DNA of 64,000 nucleotides from the human T2T-CHM13v2.0 reference genome, Homo sapiens. A program made the translations under genes and the position numbers. Position 1 is the first letter of the stretch, and every line of letters begins with the position of its first letter. The notes under the pieces were generated by a model, which was not told the DNA's origin, searched no databases, and saw only the letters and a program-made list of their open reading frames with translations. The DNA lies in the NCBI RefSeq assembly GCF_009914755.1, contig NC_060929.1, one strand, 5' to 3'. Positions 20,168 to 34,250 of the stretch are shown one piece after another.

Positions 20168-20598
20168 AAAAGCTGCCCAAAACAAAGAAAGGCCAAAATA
20201 AATGATGACAAAAGACAACTAAAATGCCCTCCCTCAGTCACTCACCCTGTACTCTCATAGTGTTCACTTTCTCTAATATGGCCCTCATCAGGGTTGTCCC
20301 ATGTTATAGTTAGCTTTGTAGTTCTCCAACTAAGTTTTAATTAGCTCAAGGACAATTAACACTAAGACATATTTATTTTGGCCAAATATTAACCACTTAA
20401 TCACTTTCTAGTTTTGCCTGAGGCTTTGTAATATCCTCACTGTAGTAGAGTTGTTGAAACTTCAGGTAACAAGAATTTCGCCCAGCCCAACATATGCCCC
20501 ATCAGAGGCATATAAAGTTTTAGCATGCATTTTTCTAGCCAAGGTCAGCTCTTTGGTCATAGAGAGTGACCAAATAGACCTAGTTTACTTTGCATCAC

Positions 20599-21037
20599 CG
20601 TGATGGTTAATTTTATGTGTCAACTTAACTAGGCCATGGAATACCCAGATAGTTGATTAAATATTATTTTGGATGTGTCTGTGAGGATGTTTCTGGATGA
20701 GATTAACATTTGAATTGATAGACTAAGTAAAGTAGATTGCCCTCCCCAGTGTGGATAGGCTTCATTCAATCCATTGAAAGCCTGAATAGAATAAAAGGGC
20801 TGAGTAAGATAGAATTCTCTTTTGTCTGCCAGACTGTCTTTGAGTTGTAACACTGGTCTTCTCCTGCCTTCAGACTCAGACTACAACTCACAACATTGGC
20901 TCTCCTGGCTATCAGATCTTTGGACTTGGACTGAAACTATTCCATTGGCTCTCCTGGATCTCCAGCTAGCCAGCTGCAGATCTCAGGACTTCTCAGCCTC
21001 CATATGATTCTGTTTCTTTGGAGAACCCTGACTAATA
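20599..21037 (+). mobile_element. MLT2-family (ERVL) solo LTR inserted in the pseudogene
   Basis: gtgatggttaattttatgtgtcaactt ... ggagaaccctgactaata; 5-bp TSD atcac/gtcac. Confidence 0.88.
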
Positions 21038-22564
21038 GTCACCCAGGGAGACTGAACTGGTCTCTAGAAGAGTGATATTTGTATAGATCAAGTCAACTTG
21101 ATGGCTGTGGAGTACAGAGAGTGACTGAAGAACCCAGAGAAGGCTATATCTTTGTTTTCTTCTTATTCCTCTTATCTAAATCTGGAGAGAGCCCCAAACT
21201 GATGTGATTCCAACAAACATTTTAGTCTTTCAAGCCATTGACCTATTCTGAGTACATATGCCACCTCAGTTTATTCCTGGGGTTATCCAAATTAATGGGA
21301 CATAACACTTGGGTACTCAGTGGACACCAGTGGATATATTGCTGGGAACCAAAAGCACAGTAATAATGGCTGAAGGCAAGTTTTCCTTGTAGAGAATGCA
21401 TCTGTTTCTCTCCATACTCTTACAGCCTTCAGTTCCCAAAGGAAGGTTTAATCCCATCATCAAAGTTAAAGATAAAGGCCTAATATGTCTGCTCTTCCCT
21501 AAATATCCTGATACAGCCAGTGTTGTTAAAACAAATTCCAATTTTAAAAAAGAGATAGCATAGCACAAAATATGAGATTGGAGACTATCTCAGAACATTG
21601 AGAGAATGTTGTCAGCAAGAAGACATACATCAACATCCTATTTGATGGTATAAATGAAACAACTTGTCAGATAAGTGTGGCTTTCTCACTGCCAAAATCC
21701 TCCTATAACTTACTAGTATCTCTGCAGCTCTAACCTTTGACATCTGCCTTTTAACACCATTAAGGCTGAGATTTTCCTGTGTCACAATTGGGTTTAGGGA
21801 GCAGCCCTAGGCCAGAAAGGCACAAACTTGCAGTTCTTACCCAATGCAGTAGTCTTTCAAGGGTGTATTTTTCTCAATTTCTGTCTGTCTTTGGGCATGT
21901 TCCAGTGCTTTCAGTTAAGCTGTCTTTCATAATATTGTCCAGATTTTTTAAACTGTGGAAGCCGTTGCTCCAGCTTCTCAAGTCACTATTCCTAGAAGTC
22001 CCATTTTTATTTGAGTTTAGAATTCATTTGGGAGAATTCAGCTGTTAAATGTGTCTCTTAATTCTCAACAATGACCCCAGTACTACACAAGTATCTTCAT
22101 GAGAGGAAGAGGATAGCAGCAGGAAGCAAAGAGCAGGTAAGAGGGAGACACTTCAGCAACTTTCTCTAAAAGAGAGACTGAAGTATTCTTACATAATAAC
22201 ATCCTTTACATAAAAAATATGCAACTGTGTCAAAACAGTCTAAGTCCGAGAATTAATAACAAGGCTCTTAAACTTTTTTCACTTTCTATGCCACCTTCAT
22301 ATCTACTACATCTTTTAAATAGTTATTTCTCTTTTGCTAGATAAAGTATTTCTCAAGCAGAGCTTGAGGGTGCTATATGGCCTGTCTTAGTCTTTGTAGA
22401 AAGCATTTTTGCCACTTGAAAAAGCTCAGAATATTCTGTCCAAGATGCCCCACTAATATAGCTTACTCCCCCTCCTTAGCCTAGTTGATCATGATAGAGG
22501 AATGGTTCTCAGACCATTTCATCTGATAAAATCCAATGACAAAAACAACAGAAGAAGGGGGGAA

Positions 22565-22805
22565 AGACTGTGTGTCCTACATTCAGGCTGCCTGTGTTCA
22601 AAATCGGTAGCATCTCTTTTTAGCTGGATGACCTTACAGAAATCACTAAAACTCCCTAAGCCTCAGCTGCTCCAATTATAAACTGGAGAAAAAAACCTAG
22701 TACCTATCTCACAGAAGTATACTGAGGTTTAAATGAAACTATCTAATTCACCTAGTGCAAGTCTTGATGGTACAAAATAATTGATCAATAAGCAGTAGCT
22801 ATTAT
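22565..22805 (+). mobile_element. MIR
   Basis: tagctggatgacctt...aagcctcagctgctccaattataaactggag core. Confidence 0.7.
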
Positions 22806-22976
22806 TAAGGAAAAGAAAAATTCAAAGAAGGTTACCAGTAGCCTGTTTCAGAGAATCAAAAATCTGAAAAGGCTAAAAGAAAGCACATGGATTTGGAGCT
22901 ATCATGAGAGGTACCAGAGGAAAGAGGGCATCTGGTTCATTTATATAATTGCCTGTAGTCCCTCACTGCTACCTAC

Positions 22977-23070
22977 CTCCGATGGATGTTTTCTGCTCTG
23001 ATCTCCAAGAACGCTCACAATATCTTCACAGTCTCACCGGGATTCAGCATCTAGTTTGGGAAACAATGAC
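22977..23070 (-). other. Candidate 94-nt non-coding exon
   Basis: Minus strand: ttgattttattttctag|GTCATTG...CATCGGAG|gtaggt; stops in all three frames; three CpGs retained. Confidence 0.45.
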
Positions 23071-24912
23071 CTAGAAAATAAAATCAAAGACATAGCAGCT
23101 TCAGTATTGGAAGCATTTCCCAAAGTCTAAAGTTTTACTTTTTTCCAATGTCATCTTTTTCATATTAACACTAACGAAACCTTGGCAGACTAATCTTTTA
23201 TCAGGGCATTTCATAGATCCTTTCTTGTTATGCTAATACAATATAACATGTCAGTGTTTCCATAAGCTACAATACCCGACTGAAGCATTTTATAGATAAT
23301 TGAACATATTTTTGGAATGCAAATATTTTAAAGATATTTTCACAGGTCTAATTAAGAAGTTCTAACAAACTATACATTTTACAGCTAAAATTTCACATAC
23401 ATAGAAAAGAAAATTAAATAATTTAGCAAACAAATGGCACATTCCATTTTTTAAAAGTAATTTGCATTGTCAGGGCCCTGTCTTCATCCTTTGGTATAGA
23501 GAACAATCCAAAGAAATAATATTTCATAGAGTAAGTTCTGAATGCTCCCTTTCTTTCTCTAAATATGTTTACGGCAATGTCTGGAGATTTTGCAGAATGT
23601 GAACCAAACCAAAGACAAAGATGACTTCTAGAACACTGAGCACCTCATGACAAAATTGTTAACCTAATTCTAATTCCTCAGAAGCTCATGAACATATGGA
23701 GATCCATGATTTCAGTATAGCATTATCCCAAACCACCCAAAGCCAGCAAAAAGCCTTCAAAACACACAAATTAATATCAAGAGCTAAACATTACATTTGA
23801 ACAATAAAAGGGGCTGTATAACTTTATAATGTTGCTGTGTCATATTATAAAAGTTCCTAGCAAAATAAGTTTCTGTGTTACATATACATTCTCCCAATTC
23901 CATTAATTTCCTCCGTTTTTGCTATAAACCTCAAAGATTTTCAAATAAAATAAAAGAAACTACATAAACTTTGGTACATTTTAAATTTGCTGTTTAATAC
24001 TTATATAATGTGGGCTATGTGCCAGGACAACAGGGCCTTAAGTAGCTGCTGCATATTTTTAACCCCTCTGAAAGAAAATGTATCTAGGTGATGAATATCC
24101 TCCAGATAAAATCTAATTTTTTCATGCGTTAGTTTTCAACCCCAAGGCAGAGAAGTTCCCAGAAAGCACATTTTCCTGTCAATAATTCCTTAAAACCTGT
24201 TTTGGTACAATTTGGCCCCTCCCTCCATGCAGCAGATCATAACATCAATTATTTTCCAATTCCCTCTTGCCAAATATCTTGGCTCTCACTACTCCATACA
24301 GCATGAGAGGTTCTTTCATGACTTTTGAGGAGGAAATAAATCATTTACTTAAATCTCAAATATATTTAAATTAAATTAAAATTTCCTGTTAAAGTTATAG
24401 AATGGCATGTGTTTTGTCTCCAGTTCATAGCCAGGGAGTACTTGAATTTCCCATATAGGAAACTAGCAAAATGTCCCTTCATCTTAAAAACTCTTCAAAG
24501 AACAAGCCCATGAAAAAACAGAGGACTACATTCTGTAGCTGAAGAGGCAAACTTGGAGTTGTCTCTCACATCAATGCACATGCTCAGCTCTGTCCACATT
24601 CACAAGAAGCTGCTAAGTCAATTTCTTTGAGGGCAAGGATCAGGTCTGCTTTGCCCATCACTGTAGGCACCACCGCAAGTCCAGAGCATATTATAGTGTC
24701 AGGGATGCATTTCATGAGTGAAGGAGCAAAATACTTATTAAAATCCTCAAAGTTCAAAGTTTAGTCAGTTTTTGGTTCAGCCTACAATTCCAGTAAGGTG
24801 TCTTCAACATCCCCAAATTGTAAAAGAAAGAAAAACACACTGACGGACATGGTTACAAATTTAAGGAAAAGTTCCTGCACATAGGTTCCAAGGCTTGTGC
24901 TGGAAGTCTACA

Positions 24913-25213
24913 TTTTTTTTTTTTTTTTTTTTTGAGACAGAGTCTCGCTCTGTCACCCAGGCTGGAGTGCAGTGGCGCGACCTTGGCTCACTGCAAGCTC
25001 TGCCTCCCGGGTTCAAGCCGTTCTCCTGCCTCAGCCTCCAAGTAGCTGGGACTACAAGTGCCCGCCACCACGCCCGGCTAATATTTTGTATTTTTAGTAG
25101 AGATAGGGTTTCACCGTGTTAGCCAGGATGGTCTCGATCTCCCGACCTCGTGATCCACCCACCTCGGCCTCCCAAAGTGCTGGGATTACAGGCATGAGCC
25201 ACCGCGCCTGGCC
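24913..25213 (-). mobile_element. AluY
   Basis: CpG-rich, Y diagnostics (gcaagctctgcctc, accgtgttagccaggatggtctcgatctc), long T run. Confidence 0.93.
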
Positions 25214-25270
25214 GGAAGTAGATTTTTATTGAGGTGGTGGTGGTGGTTTTTCTCTTTTTCTCCCAGTGGA

Positions 25271-26690
<1,420 letters not shown>

Positions 26691-26707
26691 AAGCAAAGCA
26701 GGATGAC

Positions 26708-28310
26708 CTAGAGGAACTAGAAAAACAGGAAAAAAAACTAACCCCGGAAAAAACTAACCCCAAATCTAGCAGAAGAAAATAAATAACTAAAATCAAAGCA
26801 GAACTGAATGAAATTGCAACCCCAAAATTGATACATAGAATCAACAAAACCAAAAGTTACTTTTCTAAAAGGATAAACAAGATCAATAGACTGCTAGCTA
26901 GATTAACAAAGAAAAAAAGAGAGAATATCCAAAATCACAATCAGAAATGATAATTGTGACATTACAACTGATGCACAGAAGTACAAAAGATCTTCAGAGA
27001 CTACAATGAACACCTCTAAGCACACAAACTATAAAATTTAAAGGAAATGGATAAATTCCTGGAAACATCCAACCTCCAAAGTTTGAATGAGGAAGAAATT
27101 GAATCCCTGAACAGACCAATACCAAGTTCACAAATTGAATCAATAATGAAAAACCTACCAAAAAGCCCTGGACAGACTGAATTAACAGCTGAATTCTACC
27201 AGGCATACAAAGAAGAGCTAGTAACAATTCTACTGAAATTATTCCAAAAAAATTAAGGAGGAAGGACTTCTCCCTAACTCTCTATGAAACGAGCATCACC
27301 CTGATTCCAAAACCTGGCAAAGGCACAACAAAAAAAGAAAACTATAGGCCAATATCCCTGATGAACATAGATGCAAAAATCCTCAAAAAAATACTATCAA
27401 ACCAAATCCTGCAGCAAATCAAAAAATTAATTCACCATGATCAAGTGGATTTCATTCCTGGGATGCCAGGTTGGTTCAACACATGCAAATCAATAAATGT
27501 GATTCACCATATAAACAAAATTAAAAACAAAAACCACATGATTATCTTGAAAGACATGAAAAAGGCTTTCAATAAAATCCAGCATTCTTTCATAATAAAA
27601 AACCTCAACAAATGAGGCATCAAAGGAATATACCTCAAAATAATATAAACCATCTATGACAAATCCACAGCCAACATTGTACTGAATGGGCAAAAGCAAA
27701 AGCTGGAAGCATTCCCCTTAAGAACTAGAACAACACAATACAAGGATGCCCATTCTCACCATTCCTATTCAACATAGTACTGGAAGTTCTAGCCAGAGTA
27801 ATCAGGCAAGAGAAAGAAATAAAAGGCATCCAAATAGGAAAAGAATTCAAACTATTGCTCGTTGCTGATGATATGATTCTGATTCTATACCTAGAGAACC
27901 CTAAAGACTCCATCAAAAGGATCCTGGAACTTTACTTCAGTAAAGTTTCAGGATACAAAATCAATGTACAAAAATCAGTAGCATTTCTATATACCAATAA
28001 TGTTCAAGCTGAGAGGGAAATCAAGAATGTAATTCCATTTACAATAGCCACATAAAGAATAAAATATCTAGGAATACATCTAACCAAAGAGGTGACAGGT
28101 CTCTACGAGGAAAACTCCAAAACACTACTTAAAGAAATCAGAAATGACACAAACAAATGGAAAGGAAAAACATTCCATGCTCATGGATAGGAAGGATCAA
28201 TATTTTTTAAATGGCTATATTGCCTAAAGTAATCTACAGATTCAACACTATTCCTATCAAACTACCAATGCCATTTTACACAGAATTACAAAAAAACTAT
28301 TCTAAAATTT
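26708..28310 (+). mobile_element. Old L1PA (PA15/16-like) ORF2 fragment
   Basis: MDKFLET..., MNIDAKIL..., VADDMIL ORF fragments; no 3'UTR. Confidence 0.85.
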
Positions 28311-29438
28311 ATAGAGATAAGTAAATTCAGTAAAGTCTCAGGATACAAAATCAATGTACACAAATCACTAGCACTGCTTTACACCAACAATGACCAAGCT
28401 GAGAATCAAATCAATAATTCAATCCCTTTTACCACTGAAAAAAAAAATCAAATACTTAGGAATATACTTAACCAAGGAGGTGAAAGATCTCTACAAGGAA
28501 CACTACAAAACAATGCTGAAAGAAATCACAGATGACACAAACAAATGGAAACACATCCCATGCTCATGGATGGGAAGAATCAACATTGTGAAAATGACTA
28601 TACAGCCAAAAACAATCTCCAAATTCATTGTAATTCCCATCAAAAAAACCATTATCATTCTTCACAGAACTAGGTAAAACAATCCTAAAATTCATATGGA
28701 ACTGATAAAGAACCTGCATAGCCAAAGCAATACTAAGCAAAAGGAACAAAACTGGAGGCGTCACATTACCCAACTTGAAATTACACTGTAAGGCTAAAGT
28801 TACCAAAGCAGCATGGTATAAAAATAAGCACATAGACCAATAGAACAGAATAGAGAACCCAGAAATAAAGCCAAATACAGCAAACTGATCTTCAACAAAG
28901 CATACAAAAACATAAATTTGGCAAAGGACACCCTATTCAATAAATGGTGCTGGGAAAACTGGAAAGCCACACGTAGAAGAATAAAACTGAATCCCCGGCC
29001 AGGTTCAGTGGCTCATGCCTGTAATTGCAGCACTTTGGGAGGCTGAGGCAGGTAGATCACAAGGTCAAGAGATCGAGACCATCCTGGCAAACATTGTGAA
29101 ACCCTGTCTTTACTAAAAATACAACAAAAACGCCTGTAGTCCCAGCTACTCTGGAGGCTGAGGCAGGAGAATCGCTTGAACCAGGATGCAAAGATTGCAG
29201 TGAGCCAAGATCACACCACTGCACTCCAACCTGGTGACAGAGCAAGACTCTGTCTAAAAAAAAAACAAAAAACTGAATACCCATCTCTTACCTTATATAA
29301 AAATCAACTCAGGATGGATCAAAGACTTACATTTAAGTCCTGAAGCCATAAAAATTCTAGAATATAACATTGGCAAAACTCTTCTGGACACTGGCATAAG
29401 CAAAGAATTCATGACTAAGATCCCAAAAGCACATGCAA
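28311..29438 (+). mobile_element. L1PB-like ORF2 fragment
   Basis: Restarts at gtaaattcagtaaagtctcaggatacaaaatc; ORF 28390-28677; no 3'UTR. Confidence 0.8.
28997..29268 (+). mobile_element. AluSc-like
   Basis: aggtcaagagatcgagaccatcctgg and cctggtgacagag; TSD aaaactgaat(c/a)ccc. Confidence 0.88.
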
Positions 29439-29440
29439 AT

Positions 29441-30420
29441 AAGAGTGTAGTTTCATTCTTCTGCATTTAGATATCCAGGTTTCCAAGCACCATTTATTGA
29501 AGAGACTGTCTTTCCTCCAGGGTATGTTCTTGGTATCTTTGTTGAAAATGAGTTCACCATAGGTGAGTGAATTTGTTCCTGGGTACTCTGTCCTGTTTCA
29601 ATTGTCTATGTGTGTGTGTGTTTCATGCCAGTTTCTTGCTGCTTTGGTTACTATAGCTGTGTAGTATAATTTGAAGTCGGGTAATGTGATTTCTCCAGTT
29701 TTATTCTTTTTGCTTAGTATAGCATTGTCTATTGCGGGTCTTTTGTGGTTCCATATGAATTTTAGGATTGTTTATTTCTATTTCTGTGAGGAATGTCATT
29801 TGTATTTTGATAGAAATTGCACTGAATCTGTAGATTGCTTTGGGTACTATGCACATTTTAACAATATTGATTCTCCCAATCCATGAACATAGAATATCTC
29901 TCCTTGTTTTTGTCTCCTCTTTAATTTCTTTCATCAGTGTTTTATAGTTTTCCTGTAGAAATCTTTCACTTCTTTGGTTAAGTTATTCCCTAGATACATA
30001 GTTTTATTTCTGGCTATTGTAAAAAAAATTACTTATTTTTTTTTCAGATTGTTCACTGTCAGCATATAGAAATGCTACTAATCTTTGTATGTTGATTTTG
30101 TGTCCTGCAACTTTACTTAATTTGTTTATCAGTTGTAATCATTTTTGGTAGAGTCTTTAGGTTTTTCCATATATAAGATCATGTCATTTGCAAACAAGGA
30201 TAATTTCACTTCTTCCTTTGCAAACTGCATGTCTTTTATTTCTTTCTCTTGCCTGATTGCTCTAGCTAGGACTTCCAGTATTCTATTGAATAACAGTGGT
30301 AACTGTGGGCTTTCTTGTCTGTTCCAGATCTTAGAGGAAAAGTTTTCAAGTTTTCCCTAATTCACTATGATACTAGCTGTGGGCCTATCATATACAGCTT
30401 ATATTATATTGAGGTAAATT
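29441..30420 (-). mobile_element. L1MA-like ORF2 fragment
   Basis: Minus ORF ...[12 protein letters not shown]...PKAIYRF; both ends truncated. Confidence 0.82.
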
Positions 30421-31310
30421 CCTAAAGACCCTTTCTGAAATCACTCTCTAGAATTAATTCTTGCCTAAGTTGTTGCTGATAAAAAAGAAAGCATAGGACC
30501 CTTTGGAGGAAGGAAAGTTACTTCTCGCTATATCCCTTTTGTTTAAATGTTGTACTCTGTGTAAGATAATAAATGCTATCAACCTGAAACTATGTTTTAT
30601 AGCAAACATGGCAGCTCTGCTACTGAAAAAAAAGTTGAATTTTTTAAAGATGCTCCTGTTAGATTTATTATAACTACAGGTAGCAGTAAGTGATTTAGAG
30701 ACACCCATCAATAAAACCAAAGAGTTTGGGAAACCATGTTAAACAAATCTTACATCCTATATGCCAAAAAGCAGTAAAAGATGAAAGAGAAAATACAAAC
30801 TCAGCATCAATGAAGTTATTAACTACACTTTAGTTTTATATTCTCATGAAAGATGGGAGAGAAAAGCTGTCACTCGTATAAAGAAAATAAAATCAATGAA
30901 TATTATTTTAACATTTTACTAAGCTACTTCAGCCTAAAAAAGAAATTAATTCCTGAAATTTGTCATTCTAGGGCATCTGAAACAACTTTATCTTATTAGT
31001 GCCAGTCAAATAGCCTTAGAAGATATGACAGTAGGTGAAACATGATTATGATGAAACTTCGAATTTCAGATATTATTTATTATCCAGAATTATGTGACTC
31101 AACCAAACAGAATATATATGAGGGAGAAAATGTAAGATTCCATCAAGTTCAAAGATCTTTTAGATGTAGACAGGAAACTATTTATATTTCTTATAAGTAA
31201 AAGAATACAAAGTCCAATTCAATGATATAGACACCTGGGTGGGAGATGTGTAGTACCTTAATTAGATTCAACTGATATAAACTCCAAATCCCTGTGATTG
31301 GAACTCAGTA

Positions 31311-32149
<839 letters not shown>

Positions 32150-32384
32150 AGTAGACATGAGCTGTGAGATCACTCCATGTAAGGGTCAATGATTTTGCCA
32201 TTGTGGCAGTCTTGGTTGGCCAACAAAAACTCAGTCGAGTCTGAATTTAAATCTCAGGTTGTCATCCAAACTTAGATGAGAAGATATCTTCAATTGCTTG
32301 AGGTGAAATAATTGTTTCCTTACTGAATAAGCACATTATAACCTTGAATTATAATTAGAGTTAAGAATAGAAATATTTAAGAAA

Positions 32385-32680
32385 ATCATATTGGGATTCT
32401 CCACGAATCTCTCATATTTCTGCACAGCTTGCTAGCAGAGGTTTCTGCTAAACTATCTTTTCAAACATGTTTGTAAAATGAACAGCCTAGTTGTAAAACT
32501 AATAGAGATAGTATCTTCCTCCAAAGCAAAGGGCAGGCAGGCTCACTGGCCATTATTTTTTAAAACTTGGACTCCCTAAGATCAGGGTTCCTCTTTGTAA
32601 CACAACCCACTTTACATGTAAGTGACACCTGGCCCTCTTTGCATCACATTGGGAACTGGAGCTCATGGAACAGTAGATTT
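32385..32680 (+). mobile_element. ERVL-type LTR fragment (MER76/MER54-like)
   Basis: actatcttttcaaacatgtttgt...agagatagtatcttcctccaaagcaaagggcagg...cagggttcctc motifs. Confidence 0.55.
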
Positions 32681-33467
32681 GGGATCTCAGTAAAGAGATA
32701 TCTAAATGCCTACTTAACAAATCATGCTAAATTAACAACTGCTAATAATAACATTTAAAGACTTTCATTCCACGCAGTGTCACATAGCTTGACAACCTTG
32801 AATTACTATATTTAATAGCAACATAGTAAATTATATTAGGAAAGAATTAATAAACACACATATATCACACAAAATAAGGATCCAGAGGCCAATTTACTTC
32901 TCTGATTGCCTTAACAAGAGTGATTCCTATAAATTCCTAAGCTCTGAAATATATATGTTGACCAAACAAAGAAATTTCAGTAGCAATATGGCTGATAAAT
33001 TAGGGAGATGATCAAGAAAAATGCCAACTTTAACTGTACACACATAAACAAACCATCTTAGGAAAAAATATTCTGTTGAAGAAGTTTTTCCTAAGTGGTG
33101 AGGTACATAGCCTTTTCTGAAATGATGCTGCAATTAAGGCTTTGTGCCTTGTCAAAGGAAGTTTAGTCAGCAAATGAGTAAAACTGGAAAAATGACTGAA
33201 TGTTAAAATGAAGTTCAGTACTACAAATACTTGATCCTGATTTGAATGAATGATGGAAGGTATACAAGGCTGTGCAGGGTACTACTGGGGAACATCTAAA
33301 TTCTAACCTGCTAGATTAACCTTTATAGTTACCATGTTTGTCTACAGCAAACGTGGGCCCTTATTGTCACTTCACCCTTATCTGTAATCTTCCCTGTGTT
33401 TCTTATCTCTACTGATTTTCTTAAACTACTTGCATACCAATCATTCTTAGACTACTGCTTCTCTATC

Positions 33468-34250
33468 TGTATAGGAAAAGCAAACTCTTTTCCTCTATAT
33501 TCGCACCAATACTTTTGACCACCAAATGAGTGGTGGCTTTTCCCATACCAATTCAACTGTGACACTATTTACCTGGAGTTAGCCTCAGATCCCAAAGGCT
33601 AGACAGCTCAGTCCCAGAAGACTGTCTGGCCTCTCATTTCAGATACTAATTGCAAGTTCAGGTTGTCACTTGTGCTTCTGACCAACTAGCTATAAATCAG
33701 AGATTCCCACCTCCTCAAGTATGATAATTTGCTAGAATGGCTCACAGAACTTGGGAAACAGTTTACTTACTAAATCACTGGTACATTATAAAATGATAAA
33801 ACTCAAGAACAGGTGATGAAAAAGATGCATAGGGGAAGGTATAGGGAAAGGGTGCAGAGCTTCCATGTCCTCTCCAAGTGCTCTATCCTCCCAGCACCTC
33901 CATGTGTTCACCAACCCAGAAGCTCTCCAACCCCATACTGGATAGATATTTATGGAGGCTTCATTACATAGGCATGATTTATTAAAGTATTGGCCTTTGG
34001 TGATTTGCCCAGCCTCCAGGCCCTCTTCCCTCATCAGGAGATAGAGGGAAGGGCTGAAAATTCCAATCCTCCAATTACAAGGTTGGCTCCCTTGGCAACC
34101 AGCCCCCACCCCTAAGGCAATCCAGGAGAACCCAGCCATTAGTCACATTAGCATACAAAATGACATGTCACCTCAGAGATTCCAAGGGTTTTAACAGTTG
34201 TGTGCCAGGAAACTGGGCAGAAACCACATACATATTTCTTATCTTATCAA
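33468..34250 (-). mobile_element. MER21-like ERVL LTR
   Basis: tgacactatttacctggagttagcctcagatccca...ttgctagaatggctcacagaact...atggaggcttcattacataggcatga. Confidence 0.8.

Larger units (their letters stand above)
18480..22194 (-). pseudogene. Highly decayed MGAT5/GnT-V-like (GT18 beta-1,6-GlcNAc-transferase) pseudogene
   Basis: Collinear minus-strand motifs across frameshifts: hydrophobic N-terminus (KLLKCLPLTCSLLPAAILFL), LDNI 21931-21942, HWCP 21321-21332, LDKRNKKK ~21156-21179, HQVDLIYT 21080-21103, QQLYY 20442-20456, LIFGQ 20378-20392, LELIKT*LE 20324-20350, KLYSVLGFP 19352-19378, IAVTYGSVFI 19163-19192, SNHP 19108-19119, SQACLQ 18853-18870. Compared by eye with remembered human MGAT5; both ends approximate. 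Confidence 0.72.

Noticed and set aside
21317-21568. 83-aa minus ORF as a functional CDS
   Set aside because: It is out of frame with the GT18-like motifs (HWCP, WRE) and is a by-product of the decayed gene.
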